64,000 nucleotides of DNA from Chloroflexota bacterium (GTDB lineage: Bacteria > Chloroflexota > Dehalococcoidia > GIF9 > AB-539-J10). Made by a program: the position numbers and the translations under genes. Positions 21,640 to 31,984 of the stretch are shown here, one piece after another (within the stretch, counting starts at the first letter, position 1; each line of letters opens with the position of its first letter). The notes under the pieces were generated by a model. It saw nothing but the letters and a program-made list of their open reading frames with translations. It did not search any database and was not told the DNA's origin. The DNA lies in NCBI GenBank assembly GCA_037444365.1, contig JBBIMO010000006.1, positions 167-64,166 of the forward strand. Reading direction: 5' to 3'.

Positions 21640-21993
21640 CTACCCAGGCTTTGCAACTGCCCACAGAGCCTTCACCGCAGAAATAACTGCAGCTGGTGCT
21701 ACCAGGACAGCAATGCGGCTCAGTATGTTGCCCAGTACCTCACCTACGCGCAGTGTTCCCAGTGGAGCAAAGGCGTTGCCCACCACAACCAGGGCGATCG
21801 TGGCTAACAACAAAAGCATGACCTCTTTTGCCGTAACGTTCAGAAAGCCGATTATTATTCCCAGTATTACCAGCACTACGACGATGGTCTGGTTCTCGGG
21901 CATCAAGAAACCGGCAATGATGGCCAGAATGAAACCAATGATGAATGCCCAGAAACCCACGAAGCCCAGAAATCCTTTTTTCTCTGTAGCCAT
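21640..21993 (-). CDS. Small integral membrane protein (about 3-4 TM), function unknown
   Basis: 117 aa, almost entirely hydrophobic helices ('FLGFVGFWAFIIGFILAIIAGFL', 'IVVVLVILGIIIGFL', 'LLLLATIALVVVG'). A GGAGGG RBS is present. Confidence 0.5.
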   Translation of the reverse strand: MATEKKGFLGFVGFWAFIIGFILAIIAGFLMPENQTIVVVLVILGIIIGFLNVTAKEVMLLLLATIALVVVGNAFAPLGTLRVGEVLGNILSRIAVLVAPAAVISAVKALWAVAKPG

Positions 21994-22266
21994 ATGACCC
22001 TCCTTTTCTTTGATGTATCGAATGCAAAGCTGGCTAGGCTTTGCCCCCGATAATTGCTGAGGCAGCGTCCTTCTTCACAGATGTGGTGTGACTGCTTCTG
22101 CTGCCCTTTCGCCGGCAGCCTTCGTCACATGCGCCATCCATCTGCCTGTTAGAAGCAATCAGCCTCCAGCAAAGTGCCCCAATAGCATTTCGGGGCAGCT
22201 CAGAATTAGCCTGCGTTTTTGTACACCTCCTTTTTCAAAGTCGAGGCATTGTTTCCATACCTCGCA

Positions 22267-22460
22267 TTACGAGGTATTATGAACCAATGCACGGAAAAAG
22301 TCAATAGGGCAAGCTGCAATCCCGTGAATTGCCATATCATCAACTGAAGATGAAGTCGGAATGGCCAGGATTCCCGCTGCAAGTGAGATTCGCGCCAAAT
22401 CAAATCGCGCAAAGACTTGCCTGGCTTTGTCCACTGTGTTAACGTAGCCTTGCATTCCAA
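22267..22460 (-). pseudogene. Possible C-terminal remnant of an fdhD-like (FDH sulfurtransferase) gene
   Basis: The minus-frame translation 'NTVDKARQVF..ISLAAGILAIPTSSSVDDMAIHGIAACPIDFFR' resembles the FdhD C-terminus ('HNAvDK...AAGIPiLva.SAPtSLAvelAee.GitLvGFlR'). The N-terminal about 200 aa are absent because mobA occupies that position. This was recognised by eye only. Confidence 0.25.
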
Positions 22461-22471
22461 CGGTTCTGATT

Positions 22472-23077
22472 ATGACCTCCATCATTGTCGCCGGCGGCAG
22501 AAGCCTGAGACTCGGGCGAAGCAAGGCCCTGGAGATGATCGGAAACAAGAGCCTTATCCAGTGGGTAGTTGACCGGCTTTCTGTCCTCAGCACCGAGATA
22601 ATCATAGCCACTGCTCATGGCGAGGCAATCCCCTGTTCCTCGGCGATAAGGATGAAGACTGCTGCAGATATCTATCCGGGCAAGGGACCTCTGGCGGGCA
22701 TTTACTCGGGTTTAACAGCCTCATCCAGTCCACGAGCCATTGTTGTTGGCTGCGATACACCTTTTCTGAGCGTGGGCTTGCTCAAGTACATGACTCGAAT
22801 ACTGGGGGACTGTGATGTCGCCCTGCCCAGAATTGGAGAGATGATCGAGCCCCTGTGCGCAGTGTATTCCAGGAATTGCTTAGCTCCTATCCAGGAGTTG
22901 CTGGAGCGAGATGAACGCAGCATCAGAACACTTTTCGCCATGGTGAGGGTGCAATACGTTCAAGAGGACGAGATAAACAGGTTTGACCCGGAGCACCTAA
23001 GCTTCCTCAATATCAATAGCCATGAAGACCTGGATAGGGCTAGACGGCTGGCAGCAGAGAAGGGAGAGCTCGTTTGA
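22472..23077 (+). CDS. mobA: Molybdenum cofactor guanylyltransferase
   Basis: The N-terminus 'IIVAGGRSLRLGRSKAL' and 'PGKGPLAGIYSGL', 'VVGCDTPFL' are MobA motifs. This fits the bis-MGD formate dehydrogenases nearby. Confidence 0.8.
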   Translation: MTSIIVAGGRSLRLGRSKALEMIGNKSLIQWVVDRLSVLSTEIIIATAHGEAIPCSSAIRMKTAADIYPGKGPLAGIYSGLTASSSPRAIVVGCDTPFLSVGLLKYMTRILGDCDVALPRIGEMIEPLCAVYSRNCLAPIQELLERDERSIRTLFAMVRVQYVQEDEINRFDPEHLSFLNINSHEDLDRARRLAAEKGELV

Positions 23078-23109
23078 CCTCTTCGCTGTGGATGGCAAAA
23101 CGACTGAAG

Positions 23110-23583
23110 TCACTTGTTAGCATGGAGAGAGGCTGCTTGAGCTTGATGAATTACCTTGGCTGGCTCCTGAGCATCCTTCCTCAAGGGACTGGGGCCGAGC
23201 TTCCTAATCTCGGAGATGAAATCAGTTACCACCTGAGCAAACCTTTGCCCCTCGGCAGCGGACACCCACTCCAGCTTCAGCCGTTCCGGCTCGATTCCCA
23301 ACTGGGGCAAGAGTTTCTTCAGAAGCAACATCCTCCTCAACGTCTTGTAGTTCCCCTCCAAGTAGTGACAGTCCCGGGGGTGGCATCCCCCTATGAAAAC
23401 ACCATCAGCCCCCCGTTGAAAGGCTTCCAGAACATACACAGGGGCTACCGCTCCAGAACACATCAGCCTTATCATTCTCAAATTCGGTGGATATTGAAAC
23501 CGGCTTATCCCAGCAAGGTCAGCACCAGCATAGGCACACCAGTTACAACAGAAGCCAATAATCCTGGGCTCGAAACTATCCAT
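23110..23583 (-). CDS. mvhD: MvhD-like (methyl-viologen-reducing hydrogenase delta subunit family) [2Fe-2S] protein
   Basis: 'IIGFCCNWCAYAGADLAG...MIRLMCSGAV...FQRGADGVFIGGCHPRDCHY' is the MvhD/FlpD signature. Confidence 0.85.
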   Translation of the reverse strand: MDSFEPRIIGFCCNWCAYAGADLAGISRFQYPPNLRMIRLMCSGAVAPVYVLEAFQRGADGVFIGGCHPRDCHYLEGNYKTLRRMLLLKKLLPQLGIEPERLKLEWVSAAEGQRFAQVVTDFISEIRKLGPSPLRKDAQEPAKVIHQAQAASLHANK

Positions 23584-23710
23584 CTAACTCCTTCGGAGAA
23601 ACCCCAATTTCCGGGCTCTAAACGGATTCAAATCTCTAACCTGAAATAACAAAACTCTCTTATTCCTGGCTTTGCACATTTGTGCTTTGGCATCTAATGC
23701 TTGGTATCTC

Positions 23711-26700
23711 CTATCCTCCTGCTAAAGCAGCGTCAAGCATTGCCGAGACTTCGCCTCTGGTGAATCCTCGCTGCTGAACAGCGCCCGAGGGACAGGCGGC
23801 ACAACAAGTGCCACAACCCTTGCAAAGAGCTTCGTTTACGGCAGAAACTCCCTTGTCTCGATTCACAGCTATTGCCCCGTAAGGGCAAAGGACTTCACAC
23901 ACACCACAACCGCTGCATAGAGCCTCGTCGACGTAAGCGACTATTCCTTCACCAATTATGGCATCCTTGACCAGTATGGTAGTAGCACGAGAGGCAGCAG
24001 CTTTAGCCTGGGCAATGCTCTCCTCGAGAGATTTCGGCGCGTGAGCCAGCCCGCACACAAACACCCCATCCGTAGCAAAGTCAACGGGACGCAGCTTGAC
24101 GTGTGCTTCAAGGAAAAAGCCGTCTTGATTCACGGGCACCTTGTATAGCATGGCAAGCTCCCTCGCATCCGGTGAAGATGCCATTGCTACACTCAGGCCA
24201 ATGATGTCGGCGTCTATAGCTATCTTATCGCCAAGCACCTTATCATTGACCTCCACCCTGAGCAGAAGCTGACTACCTTTCCTCTCCTGTCTCACCTTAG
24301 GCTCTTCTTCCGGCTCGTAATGCAGGAAGATAATCCCTTTCCGCCTTGCTTCTTCATAATACTCCTCGTAGAATCCGTATGTCCTTATATCCCGGTAAAG
24401 GATATAGACATTCATAGCAGGTTTCATCTCTTTGAGTTTCAGGGCGTTCTTAATCGCCTCGTTGCAGCATACCCTGGAGCAGTAAGGCCGTTCCTCGTTT
24501 CGACAACCCACACACTGAATCATGACCAGATTGCCGCAGTCAACGATATCGGGATTCCTCTTGACTATCTCTTCCTCAAGTTCAAGTTGGGTGAGCACTC
24601 TGGGGTCTCTTCCGTAGAGATATTCATCTGGCTTGTGCTCTTCAGCTCCCGTGGCAATTATGGCGACGCCATGGTCTATCTTCTCTATGACTCTACCTCT
24701 ATACCTCATTATCTCTGTGGTGAAGTTGCCAACATATCCGTGGACGTCCACGATCCAGGTATCTGTATACACTCTAATTCCGGGATGTTCCTCAACTTCC
24801 TTAACAAGCCTGCTCAGGAATTTCCGGACATCCGTGCCATCCAGGCTGTAGTGTATCCTTCTGGCTATCCCACCAAGCACGTTGCTTCTTTCGATAAGAT
24901 GAACCTCGAATCCCTGCTCCGCTAATGTCAAAGCGCTGGTCATTCCTGCCACCCCTCCCCCAACAACCAACGCCGCCCGGTTGACCGGCAAAGACAGAGG
25001 CTTCAGAGGCTCATTCAGCCTGGCTTTGGCTACCGCCATTTTCACCAGGTCTTTGGCCTTCTCAGTTGCCTTGTCTGGCTCATGCATATGTACCCAGGAA
25101 CACTGGTCCCGGATATTCGCCATCTCGAAAAGATAGGGGTTCAGCCCGGCCTTCCTGATTGTTTCACGGAACAAAGGTTCGTGAGTCCTCGGGGTACAAG
25201 ACGCCACGACAACCCGATTGAGCTTGTACTCCTCAATGACCTTCGTTATCCTCTCTTGAGTATCCTGAGAACAGGTGAAGAGATTTCTTTCAGCATAAAC
25301 CACATTCGGCAAGGTTCTGGCAAATTCACTGACATCAGGGACACTTACATACCCGCCGATATTTATTCCGCAGTGGCAGACGAAGACTCCGATTCGCGGT
25401 TCTTCCCCCGCCACATCTTTTTCCGGCGGGTATTCTTTTGCCCTAGTCAGAGTGTTTCTTGCCGGGGCTAGAAGAACAGATATTTCACCCGCAGCACCGC
25501 TCGCCTGCATCACTGTCTCGGGAATGTCTTTAGGTGCCGAAAAAGCCCCACAGACGAATATTCCCGCCCTGGAGGTCTCCACCGGTGAGAAAGGCTTTGT
25601 GTGGCAAAACCCATAAGGATTAAGCTGGATTCCAACTTTCTTAGCAAGCTTAACCAATTCTGGAGAAGACTCGAAACCGACAGAAAGCACCACCATACCG
25701 AATTTCTCAGTCTTTGTTGCACCATCCTCGGTAGTGAATTTGACTAGCAGGTCGCCCGTGCTATCTGCCGCTTCAACGTTGTACACTTTCGACCTGACGA
25801 ATCTCATGCCGACCTCGTCTCTGGCTCGTTCATAGTACCTATCAAAGTCCTTGCCGTGAGTCCTGAGGTCCATGAGGAAGATAGTTGCTTCCAAGGGAAC
25901 AGTGCTGTGTTCCTTGGCGATCATTGCTTCCTTGATAGCGTAAGTGCAACAAACAGAAGAGCAGTAAGGCCTGCCGTGTTTGGTATCTCTGGAGCCAACG
26001 CACTGGAGAAAGGCTATCTTCTGGGGCGGTGTAAGATCAGAAGGCCGCAACAGGTTCCCTTGGAAAGGACCAGAGGCAGACAATATCCGCTCAAATTCGA
26101 TGCTGGTCACCACGTTACGAAATCTGCGGTATCCAAGTTCATATTGAATGGAGGGGTCGAAAAGCTCATATCCACCGGCGAATAGAATAGCACCGACCTC
26201 CAGTTCCAGTTCCCTCGGTTTGTCCTCAGCCAGAACTGCCTTTGCCTCGCAGACGTTAGAGCAGCCCTTACAATCCATCTGCCCGGTAATCTTAAGACAG
26301 TTGTTGATGTCTCTCGTGTACTTGAGAGGAACTGCCTGGGGGAAAGGCACGTAGATGGCTTTCCTCTTAGCCAGGCCTTGGTTGAATTCGTCGGGAAGCA
26401 CGATAGGGCAGACATTGATTCGAGAAATGGCCTGCTTCTTACAGGCTTCTATACATTTCCAGCAGCCAGTGCAATTGAAGGTATTGTAGATAGGCTTCTC
26501 GCAGTTGCATTCCTCTGCTTGTTCCTTTGAGCAGGTTATGCCGATGAAGATCAGTCCGTCTGTGTTGAGGACACCTGTCTCGGCAAGTTTGTCCAGAGCT
26601 CGTTCATCACATCCCCTAGATACTATCGCAAACCGCTTATCCGGCCACTTGGTCTTGACCTGAAGGGCAAACTTGGCGACGCTCTGTCGGGGATCTATCT

Positions 26701-26875
26701 CCATCTCTGACAGTTCCTCCTTGTTTGTGAAGAGACAGAGACCGACGTGACCCCATCTTCTGCGCAGACCAATCACTCCATCGTAGCCCTCGCTCAGAAT
26801 CTCCCGAGCCTTGGCTATTATTGCTTCCTTCTCCAGCATTCTTTTTGTAGCAGCTGCCAGCGTCATTTCGCTCAT
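23711..26875 (-). CDS. Large tandem HdrA-like flavo-iron-sulfur protein (1054 aa), made of three parts
   Basis: Residues about 1-130 are an unassigned domain. Residues about 130-490 are an HdrA core C-part lacking its own dinucleotide-binding start: they match HdrA from the inserted ferredoxin domain onward ('PDEFNQGLAKRKAIYVPFPQAVPL', 'FLQCVGSRD...PYCSSVCC', 'GIFVCGAFSAPKDIPETV') but have no GxGxxG. Residues about 495-1054 are a second complete HdrA-type unit with an N-domain ('IGVFVCHCGINIGGYV'), an FAD site ('LVVGGGVAGMTSAL') and a C-terminal ferredoxin domain ('CSGCGVCEVLCP', 'CKGCGTCCAACP'). Confidence 0.85.
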   Translation of the reverse strand: MSEMTLAAATKRMLEKEAIIAKAREILSEGYDGVIGLRRRWGHVGLCLFTNKEELSEMEIDPRQSVAKFALQVKTKWPDKRFAIVSRGCDERALDKLAETGVLNTDGLIFIGITCSKEQAEECNCEKPIYNTFNCTGCWKCIEACKKQAISRINVCPIVLPDEFNQGLAKRKAIYVPFPQAVPLKYTRDINNCLKITGQMDCKGCSNVCEAKAVLAEDKPRELELEVGAILFAGGYELFDPSIQYELGYRRFRNVVTSIEFERILSASGPFQGNLLRPSDLTPPQKIAFLQCVGSRDTKHGRPYCSSVCCTYAIKEAMIAKEHSTVPLEATIFLMDLRTHGKDFDRYYERARDEVGMRFVRSKVYNVEAADSTGDLLVKFTTEDGATKTEKFGMVVLSVGFESSPELVKLAKKVGIQLNPYGFCHTKPFSPVETSRAGIFVCGAFSAPKDIPETVMQASGAAGEISVLLAPARNTLTRAKEYPPEKDVAGEEPRIGVFVCHCGINIGGYVSVPDVSEFARTLPNVVYAERNLFTCSQDTQERITKVIEEYKLNRVVVASCTPRTHEPLFRETIRKAGLNPYLFEMANIRDQCSWVHMHEPDKATEKAKDLVKMAVAKARLNEPLKPLSLPVNRAALVVGGGVAGMTSALTLAEQGFEVHLIERSNVLGGIARRIHYSLDGTDVRKFLSRLVKEVEEHPGIRVYTDTWIVDVHGYVGNFTTEIMRYRGRVIEKIDHGVAIIATGAEEHKPDEYLYGRDPRVLTQLELEEEIVKRNPDIVDCGNLVMIQCVGCRNEERPYCSRVCCNEAIKNALKLKEMKPAMNVYILYRDIRTYGFYEEYYEEARRKGIIFLHYEPEEEPKVRQERKGSQLLLRVEVNDKVLGDKIAIDADIIGLSVAMASSPDARELAMLYKVPVNQDGFFLEAHVKLRPVDFATDGVFVCGLAHAPKSLEESIAQAKAAASRATTILVKDAIIGEGIVAYVDEALCSGCGVCEVLCPYGAIAVNRDKGVSAVNEALCKGCGTCCAACPSGAVQQRGFTRGEVSAMLDAALAGG

Positions 26876-26882
26876 GCGCCCG

Positions 26883-28922
26883 TCACTCCTTGCAGATTTT
26901 CACAGCGCAAACCTTCAACTCAGCGATTTTGGCCTCAGGGTCCAAATATCTACTCGTAAGCACATTGGCCGCACATTCGGCGAAGTGGAAAGGTATGAAC
27001 ACAACGCCAGGTAGGATTTCCTCTGTGACCAAAGCCCTTATTCGAATCTCCCCTCGCCGCGACTGCACTTTCACCATGTCACCTTGAGATATAGAGAGCT
27101 TTTTAGCATCCTTAGGGTTGATCTCGACATATCCGGTGGGTAGCTCCCTTTCCAGTCTCGGAATTCTGCGAGTCATCGTTCCGGTGTGGAACTGGAACAT
27201 CAATCTGCCCGTGGTGAGAATAAATGGATACTCTGCGTCAGGTAACTCAGCAGGCTCTTTGAAGTCAACAACAAGGAATTGCCCCTTGCCTCGAGTGAAA
27301 GCGTCCTTGTGAAGGAATCTGGTTCCGGGATGATCCTTGGAAGGACATGGCCAAGACACAATCTCTCCTTTATCCAAGCGCTCATAGGATATGCCGGCGT
27401 AGATTGGCGTGAGCGACACAATTTCCTCCATAATCTCCCTAGAAGATGCGTAGCTGAAGTCTGTTGCTCCCATCCTCTTGGCTAGCTCACTCACGATGAC
27501 CCAGTCAGGTTTGGAATCTCCTACCGGCTCCATAGCCTTCCTTACTCTCTGAACTCTTCTGTCCGTTGCAGTGAACGTGCCTTCTTTTTCGGCAAACGAA
27601 CAGGCTGGAAGTACCACGTGAGCAAACTCAGCAACCTCGGAAAGGAATATATCCTGCACCACCAAGAAATCAAGCGAACTAAGGGATTTCTTCACGTGAT
27701 TTATGTCGGCATCTGACAGCGCCGGGTTCTCTCCTACGATGTACATTGCTCTAACCGCGCGGTCAATAGCAGCCTCAGTCATTTCGGTTGCTCTCAGGCC
27801 GGGTGTGGGAGACAGCTTAGTTCCCCAGGCCTTTTCGAATTTATCCCTCGCTTTGCTATCAACAACTGGCTGGTAGCCCGAAAAGACGTTGGGCAGCGCG
27901 CCCATGTCGCAAGCACCCTGGACATTGTTCTGCCCGCGCAACGGATTCACTCCTGTGAATTCGCGGCCAACATTGCCTGTGAGCATTGCCAGGTTGGCAA
28001 TACACAGCACATTCTCGGTGCCCGTGGTGTGCTGAGTTATGCCCATACCATAGAGAATGCTGCCCCTTTCGGCTCTGCCGTATGCCTTGGCGGCCTTCTC
28101 CAGTAGAGCTTTGCTGACACCTGTTATCTGACAGACCTTCTCAGGTGGATATTCCTTAAGCTTTTTCTCCAGCGCCTCAAATCCTTCGGTCCGCTCTCTA
28201 ATGAAGTCCCTGTCCTCAAGGCCCTCTCTAGTAATGATGTGCATGAGTCCGTTCAAGAGAGCAGCATCGGTGCCTGGCTTATGCGGGAGGTAGATGTCAG
28301 CAAAGTCAACCAGCGGCGTACGACGAGGGTCAGCAACAATGAGTTTCGCGCCTTTCTCCTTCGCTCGCATAACCCTCAGGCTTACGAGGGGGTGCTGCTC
28401 CGTTGTGTTGCTTCCTATCACGAAGATGCAATCTGCATGTTCTATTTCCGGCACGCTATTTGTCATTGCGCCGCTGCCGAACGCTTTCGCTAGTCCGACC
28501 ACTGTCGGGGCGTGGCAAAGGCGTGCACAGTGGTCAATGTTATTCGTGCCTATGACAGTTCGGGCGAATTTCATCACCACGAAGTTTTCTTCATTCGTAC
28601 ACTTAGCGGACGACAGAATCCCTATAGAGTCTGGCCCATACTTCTCCTTGGTGACGATGAGGCGTTTCGCCACTATGTCCAGAGCCTCTTCCCAACTTAT
28701 AGGTTCAAACTTGCCGCTTTGCTTTATCAAAGGCGACTTGAGCCGATCAGGATGGTTGATGAAGTCGGCAGCGTTTCTTCCCTTTATACAGGGCTTTCCC
28801 TCACTCATTTCATCTGTCTTGCAGGGGACAACGCCGGTGACCTGGCCGTCCATAACCTGGAGATACAACTGGCAGCCACAGCCACAGAACGGGCAGACAG
28901 TCAGCACAAAGTCGCTGTTCAT
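26883..28922 (-). CDS. fdhA: Formate dehydrogenase catalytic (alpha) subunit, Cys-type, short form (bis-MGD molybdo/tungstopterin enzyme)
   Basis: It has the N-terminal [4Fe-4S] motif 'CPFCGCGCQ...CIKG' and the active-site '[11 protein letters not shown]', with Cys136-His137 where Sec-His sits in seleno-FDHs. The C-terminal MopB_CT-like barrel reads '[19 protein letters not shown]'. The start ATG overlaps the upstream stop (ATGA). Confidence 0.85.
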   Translation of the reverse strand: MNSDFVLTVCPFCGCGCQLYLQVMDGQVTGVVPCKTDEMSEGKPCIKGRNAADFINHPDRLKSPLIKQSGKFEPISWEEALDIVAKRLIVTKEKYGPDSIGILSSAKCTNEENFVVMKFARTVIGTNNIDHCARLCHAPTVVGLAKAFGSGAMTNSVPEIEHADCIFVIGSNTTEQHPLVSLRVMRAKEKGAKLIVADPRRTPLVDFADIYLPHKPGTDAALLNGLMHIITREGLEDRDFIRERTEGFEALEKKLKEYPPEKVCQITGVSKALLEKAAKAYGRAERGSILYGMGITQHTTGTENVLCIANLAMLTGNVGREFTGVNPLRGQNNVQGACDMGALPNVFSGYQPVVDSKARDKFEKAWGTKLSPTPGLRATEMTEAAIDRAVRAMYIVGENPALSDADINHVKKSLSSLDFLVVQDIFLSEVAEFAHVVLPACSFAEKEGTFTATDRRVQRVRKAMEPVGDSKPDWVIVSELAKRMGATDFSYASSREIMEEIVSLTPIYAGISYERLDKGEIVSWPCPSKDHPGTRFLHKDAFTRGKGQFLVVDFKEPAELPDAEYPFILTTGRLMFQFHTGTMTRRIPRLERELPTGYVEINPKDAKKLSISQGDMVKVQSRRGEIRIRALVTEEILPGVVFIPFHFAECAANVLTSRYLDPEAKIAELKVCAVKICKE

Positions 28923-29902
28923 TTCCTAAGCTCCGGTCTTATCAAGGGTCTTTCCTTAACTCTCTTGATAAGCCTCCTTTTTGTCTTTTCATCTATGCCC
29001 GGAATGACTTCAAAAATGGACTCAGGGGACTGGCGCCACATTAGCTGATGAATAGTGCGCAATGGTATATCCATGCCACAGGCCTCTTCGCACATGCCAC
29101 AGTTTACACACAAATTGGCAACGCGATAAGCTCTTATCACCTGGAACAAGGGCACGGACGGAGGTATTTCGCCGGGCTTGATCCACTCTGCATCGTCTAG
29201 CTCAGATCCGTCATAGATCCACACTGGGCAAACATCGCGGCATCCAAAGCACTTGATACACCGGCTAAGTTCTGCCTGCCAGAACTTCTTTCGCGACTCT
29301 TCATCCATCAAGCTTACTCGCTGACTTAGAGTCTCTCGTCCTTTCCCCTCCTGCTGCTCAGGGAGAAGCTCTGTCAGCTTTCGCCGTTCGAGCGAAACAT
29401 TAGTCATGGCGTGGTTTTCCTTGTTCTCTTCACGGCAAGCCAAGGCACATTCGCCACACTGAACGCACTTCGCTTCATCTATTAGTATGCGGTCCACCCA
29501 TATCTCTTCTTCTCTTTCCTTAAGGTTGCTGACGTCTGACTGCGCACACAGTCCACAACCAGTGCATTTACTCACGTCGATGTATCGAGGTCTCTGCAGT
29601 ATCTTCACTTTGAAACACCCTTCCTGTCCTGAGACCTCTTCGAGTTCAGCGTTGGTTATTAGCTGAATATTGAGATGTCTGCCAGCCTCTACCAACTTGG
29701 GCGATAAGATACACATCGAACAATCGTTAGTTGGGAAGGTTTTATCTAGCTGAGCCATTACACCGCCGATTGAGGGCGACTTCTCCACCAGGTAAACGTA
29801 ATATCCGGACTCAGCAAGGTCGAGAGCTGCCTGAATCCCCCCTATGCCTCCACCGACGACAAGGACTGCTCCTACTTTGCCGTTCCCATTTTCCTTCTTC
29901 AT
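28919..29902 (-). CDS. HdrA N-terminal (FAD/dinucleotide-binding) fragment fused to a Cys-rich Fe-S domain
   Basis: '[54 protein letters not shown]...[18 protein letters not shown]' corresponds to the first about 120 residues of the HdrA thioredoxin-reductase-like core. After that come '[11 protein letters not shown]', '[12 protein letters not shown]' and '[11 protein letters not shown]'. The start is set at the ATG with a GAGGAAAGGGG RBS (M32 of the track ORF). Confidence 0.7.
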   Translation of the reverse strand: MKKENGNGKVGAVLVVGGGIGGIQAALDLAESGYYVYLVEKSPSIGGVMAQLDKTFPTNDCSMCILSPKLVEAGRHLNIQLITNAELEEVSGQEGCFKVKILQRPRYIDVSKCTGCGLCAQSDVSNLKEREEEIWVDRILIDEAKCVQCGECALACREENKENHAMTNVSLERRKLTELLPEQQEGKGRETLSQRVSLMDEESRKKFWQAELSRCIKCFGCRDVCPVWIYDGSELDDAEWIKPGEIPPSVPLFQVIRAYRVANLCVNCGMCEEACGMDIPLRTIHQLMWRQSPESIFEVIPGIDEKTKRRLIKRVKERPLIRPELRK

Positions 29903-29915
29903 AGCACCCCTTTCC

Positions 29916-30383
29916 TCACAGTCTTTGCAATGCCTTGGCAGCGAGCTCCGAAGGTTTGACTTCGACCCCCCGAGACCTAGAGTCAACAATTGCACTCACC
30001 ATCTCATGACGCAGTTTCTGGGAAAACACGTCGATTTCCTTTATCTTTTCAACAAAAGGTGAGGCGACATATCCCTCCCTCACCGCCAGGCTTCTCAGGG
30101 CCTTCATGATATCGGCAAAATCAACATTCTGGGGACAATGTCCCTGACAGTTATAGCACTGGATGCAGAACCAGATTGTCTCTGAGGAAAGGACTTCCCT
30201 CCTCATACCCAGCAGTACCATACGAATGATCCGACGAGGGTTGAACTTCTGGTCGATATCAGCAACAGGGCAGCTTGCAGTGCACAGGCCACAGGCAAAA
30301 CAAAGCTTGACATTCTCTCCGCCAGGCTCATTGGCAACATCGTACTTAAACTTTGTATCCAGTTCACTCAAAGCTACAGTCAT
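29916..30383 (-). CDS. hdrC: HdrC-like 2x[4Fe-4S] protein
   Basis: '[12 protein letters not shown]...NPRRII' and '[15 protein letters not shown]' fit the HdrC/Fer4_17 pattern. Length is 155 aa. Confidence 0.75.
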   Translation of the reverse strand: MTVALSELDTKFKYDVANEPGGENVKLCFACGLCTASCPVADIDQKFNPRRIIRMVLLGMRREVLSSETIWFCIQCYNCQGHCPQNVDFADIMKALRSLAVREGYVASPFVEKIKEIDVFSQKLRHEMVSAIVDSRSRGVEVKPSELAAKALQRL

Positions 30384-30418
30384 TTTCGCCTCCTTGGTTT
30401 CCGCTCAGCAGAGTGACT

Positions 30419-31312
30419 CTATAGTAGTCCGGCAGCCCCCAATATCTCAGGCACTTTTTCCTCCCGTCCAATAAACATGATGTGCACTCCATCACAGACT
30501 TTCTCCTCCTTCATTTGCCTTATCATCCGGGCTGCTATTTCTATTCCTTTGGCAATCCCTGTTCCCTTCGGGGCCTGGGACAGTTCATCAATGATACGTT
30601 GGGGGATAGAGATACCAGGGACGTTCTCATTCATGTAGGCAGCCATCTTTGCCCCGATAACAGGCACTATGCCGCCAAGGATCTTGACCTTTCTATCTCT
30701 CTTACGGATAAACTCCACAAATCTCTTCAAGTCATCAAGTTCATAAACCGCCTGCGTCTGAATGAAGTCCACTCCCGCCTTGAGTTTCTTTTCAACCTTG
30801 ATAAGCTGCGGCTCAAGCGGATCAGCTGAAGGAGTACCTGTTGTTCCAATACAGAAGTCAATGCCTCCATCAAGTTCATTGCCCGCCATATCCTTGCCGG
30901 ACTTCATGGTGTGAACAAGATGGATGAGCTGCACCGAATCGAGGTCAAACACTTGCTTGGCTTCCTTATGATCACCAACATCAATGGAATCACCGGTAAG
31001 GCAGAGAATATTATTCACTCCCCGCGAGCACGCGAACAGAAGATCTGCTTGAATCGCCAGACGATTCCGGTCGCGGCAGGTTACCTGAAGTATCGGCTCG
31101 CCACCGTGTTCTTTGATCAAGAGGCAGACCCCCAGGGAAGGATAGCGCATGACGGAGCTTTGATTGTCAGTTACATTCAGAGCATCCACCTTATCCTTGA
31201 GAAGCTCAATATGCTCTATCGCCTTCGACACGCTGGAGCCTTTCACCGGCCCCACCTCGGCTGTTACAACGAAGCGCTTTGTCTTAAGAGTCTCCCTAAA
31301 AGGCTTTGCCAT
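30419..31312 (-). CDS. metF: Methylenetetrahydrofolate reductase, paralogue 1 (Hdr-linked)
   Basis: 297 aa with 'VVTAEVGP', 'DALNVTDNQ', 'QVTCRDRNRLAIQADLL', 'NNILCLTGD' and 'GVDFIQTQAVY'. This is the acetogen-type short MetF pattern. Confidence 0.85.
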   Translation of the reverse strand: MAKPFRETLKTKRFVVTAEVGPVKGSSVSKAIEHIELLKDKVDALNVTDNQSSVMRYPSLGVCLLIKEHGGEPILQVTCRDRNRLAIQADLLFACSRGVNNILCLTGDSIDVGDHKEAKQVFDLDSVQLIHLVHTMKSGKDMAGNELDGGIDFCIGTTGTPSADPLEPQLIKVEKKLKAGVDFIQTQAVYELDDLKRFVEFIRKRDRKVKILGGIVPVIGAKMAAYMNENVPGISIPQRIIDELSQAPKGTGIAKGIEIAARMIRQMKEEKVCDGVHIMFIGREEKVPEILGAAGLL

Positions 31313-31323
31313 CCTTCACCCCC

Positions 31324-31983
31324 TTAAGCTTTTCCCGCCTGGATCTTCCCGGGCCTTTTCACAGCCCGATAATTCTTCGGCGCGTAGTAATTCCGCATCA
31401 AATCAAGCCTCCCTTGCTTTTCCAGCCTGCGATAAATCAGAACCCACCCACAATCCTTATCCGGATCTATTTCGCACTTTCCTCCCCTCTTCGTACCGCC
31501 ACAAGGCCCATTAAGAAGCCCCTTGGCACAGCGAACTATGGGGCAGACACCCCCCGTTCGATCCAGAAAACAATCGCCGCAACCACCACACATTTCTATC
31601 CAAAGCCCTTCTCCTTGTGGCATCCCGATAAAGACAGTGTTGACTCCCGGAAACACCGGCTTGTCCTCAAACATCTCAGCCATAGTTTGCACTCCCGACC
31701 CACAGGCTAAAGAGAGAACCGCATCAGCTTCCGCAACCTTATCCTTAATCTCTGCTACCATCTCCCTTTCGCATTGTCTCTCCACAGTAGCCTCAATGGC
31801 GACAATTCCATTCCCTTTTGCACTTCTAGCTAACCTCAGTTGTGAGGCAAGTATCGCCACCTCTTTCTCTCCACCAGCCCAACAAACAGTGACGCAGGTA
31901 CCACAACCCGCCACAAGCACCTTCTTGTAGGGGGCAACTAGTTCCTTGATCTCTTCCATAGGCTTTCGTTCGGCGATTATCAT
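31324..31983 (-). CDS. metV: MetV (MTHFR C-terminal-like Cys-rich subunit), paralogue 1
   Basis: 'VAGCGTCVTVC', 'CGGCGDCFLDRTGGVCPIVRCAKGLLNGPCGG' and 'CEIDPDKDCGW' match the MetV pattern. It is directly upstream of metF. Confidence 0.8.
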   Translation of the reverse strand: MIIAERKPMEEIKELVAPYKKVLVAGCGTCVTVCWAGGEKEVAILASQLRLARSAKGNGIVAIEATVERQCEREMVAEIKDKVAEADAVLSLACGSGVQTMAEMFEDKPVFPGVNTVFIGMPQGEGLWIEMCGGCGDCFLDRTGGVCPIVRCAKGLLNGPCGGTKRGGKCEIDPDKDCGWVLIYRRLEKQGRLDLMRNYYAPKNYRAVKRPGKIQAGKA

Positions 31984-31984
31984 G

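Noticed and set aside
22028-22266. Possible Moco riboswitch or other leader RNA in the long gap upstream of mobA.
   Set aside because: I could not recognise the conserved Moco-motif elements by eye, and the gap is upstream of mobA only at a distance. An Rfam scan is required before any claim.
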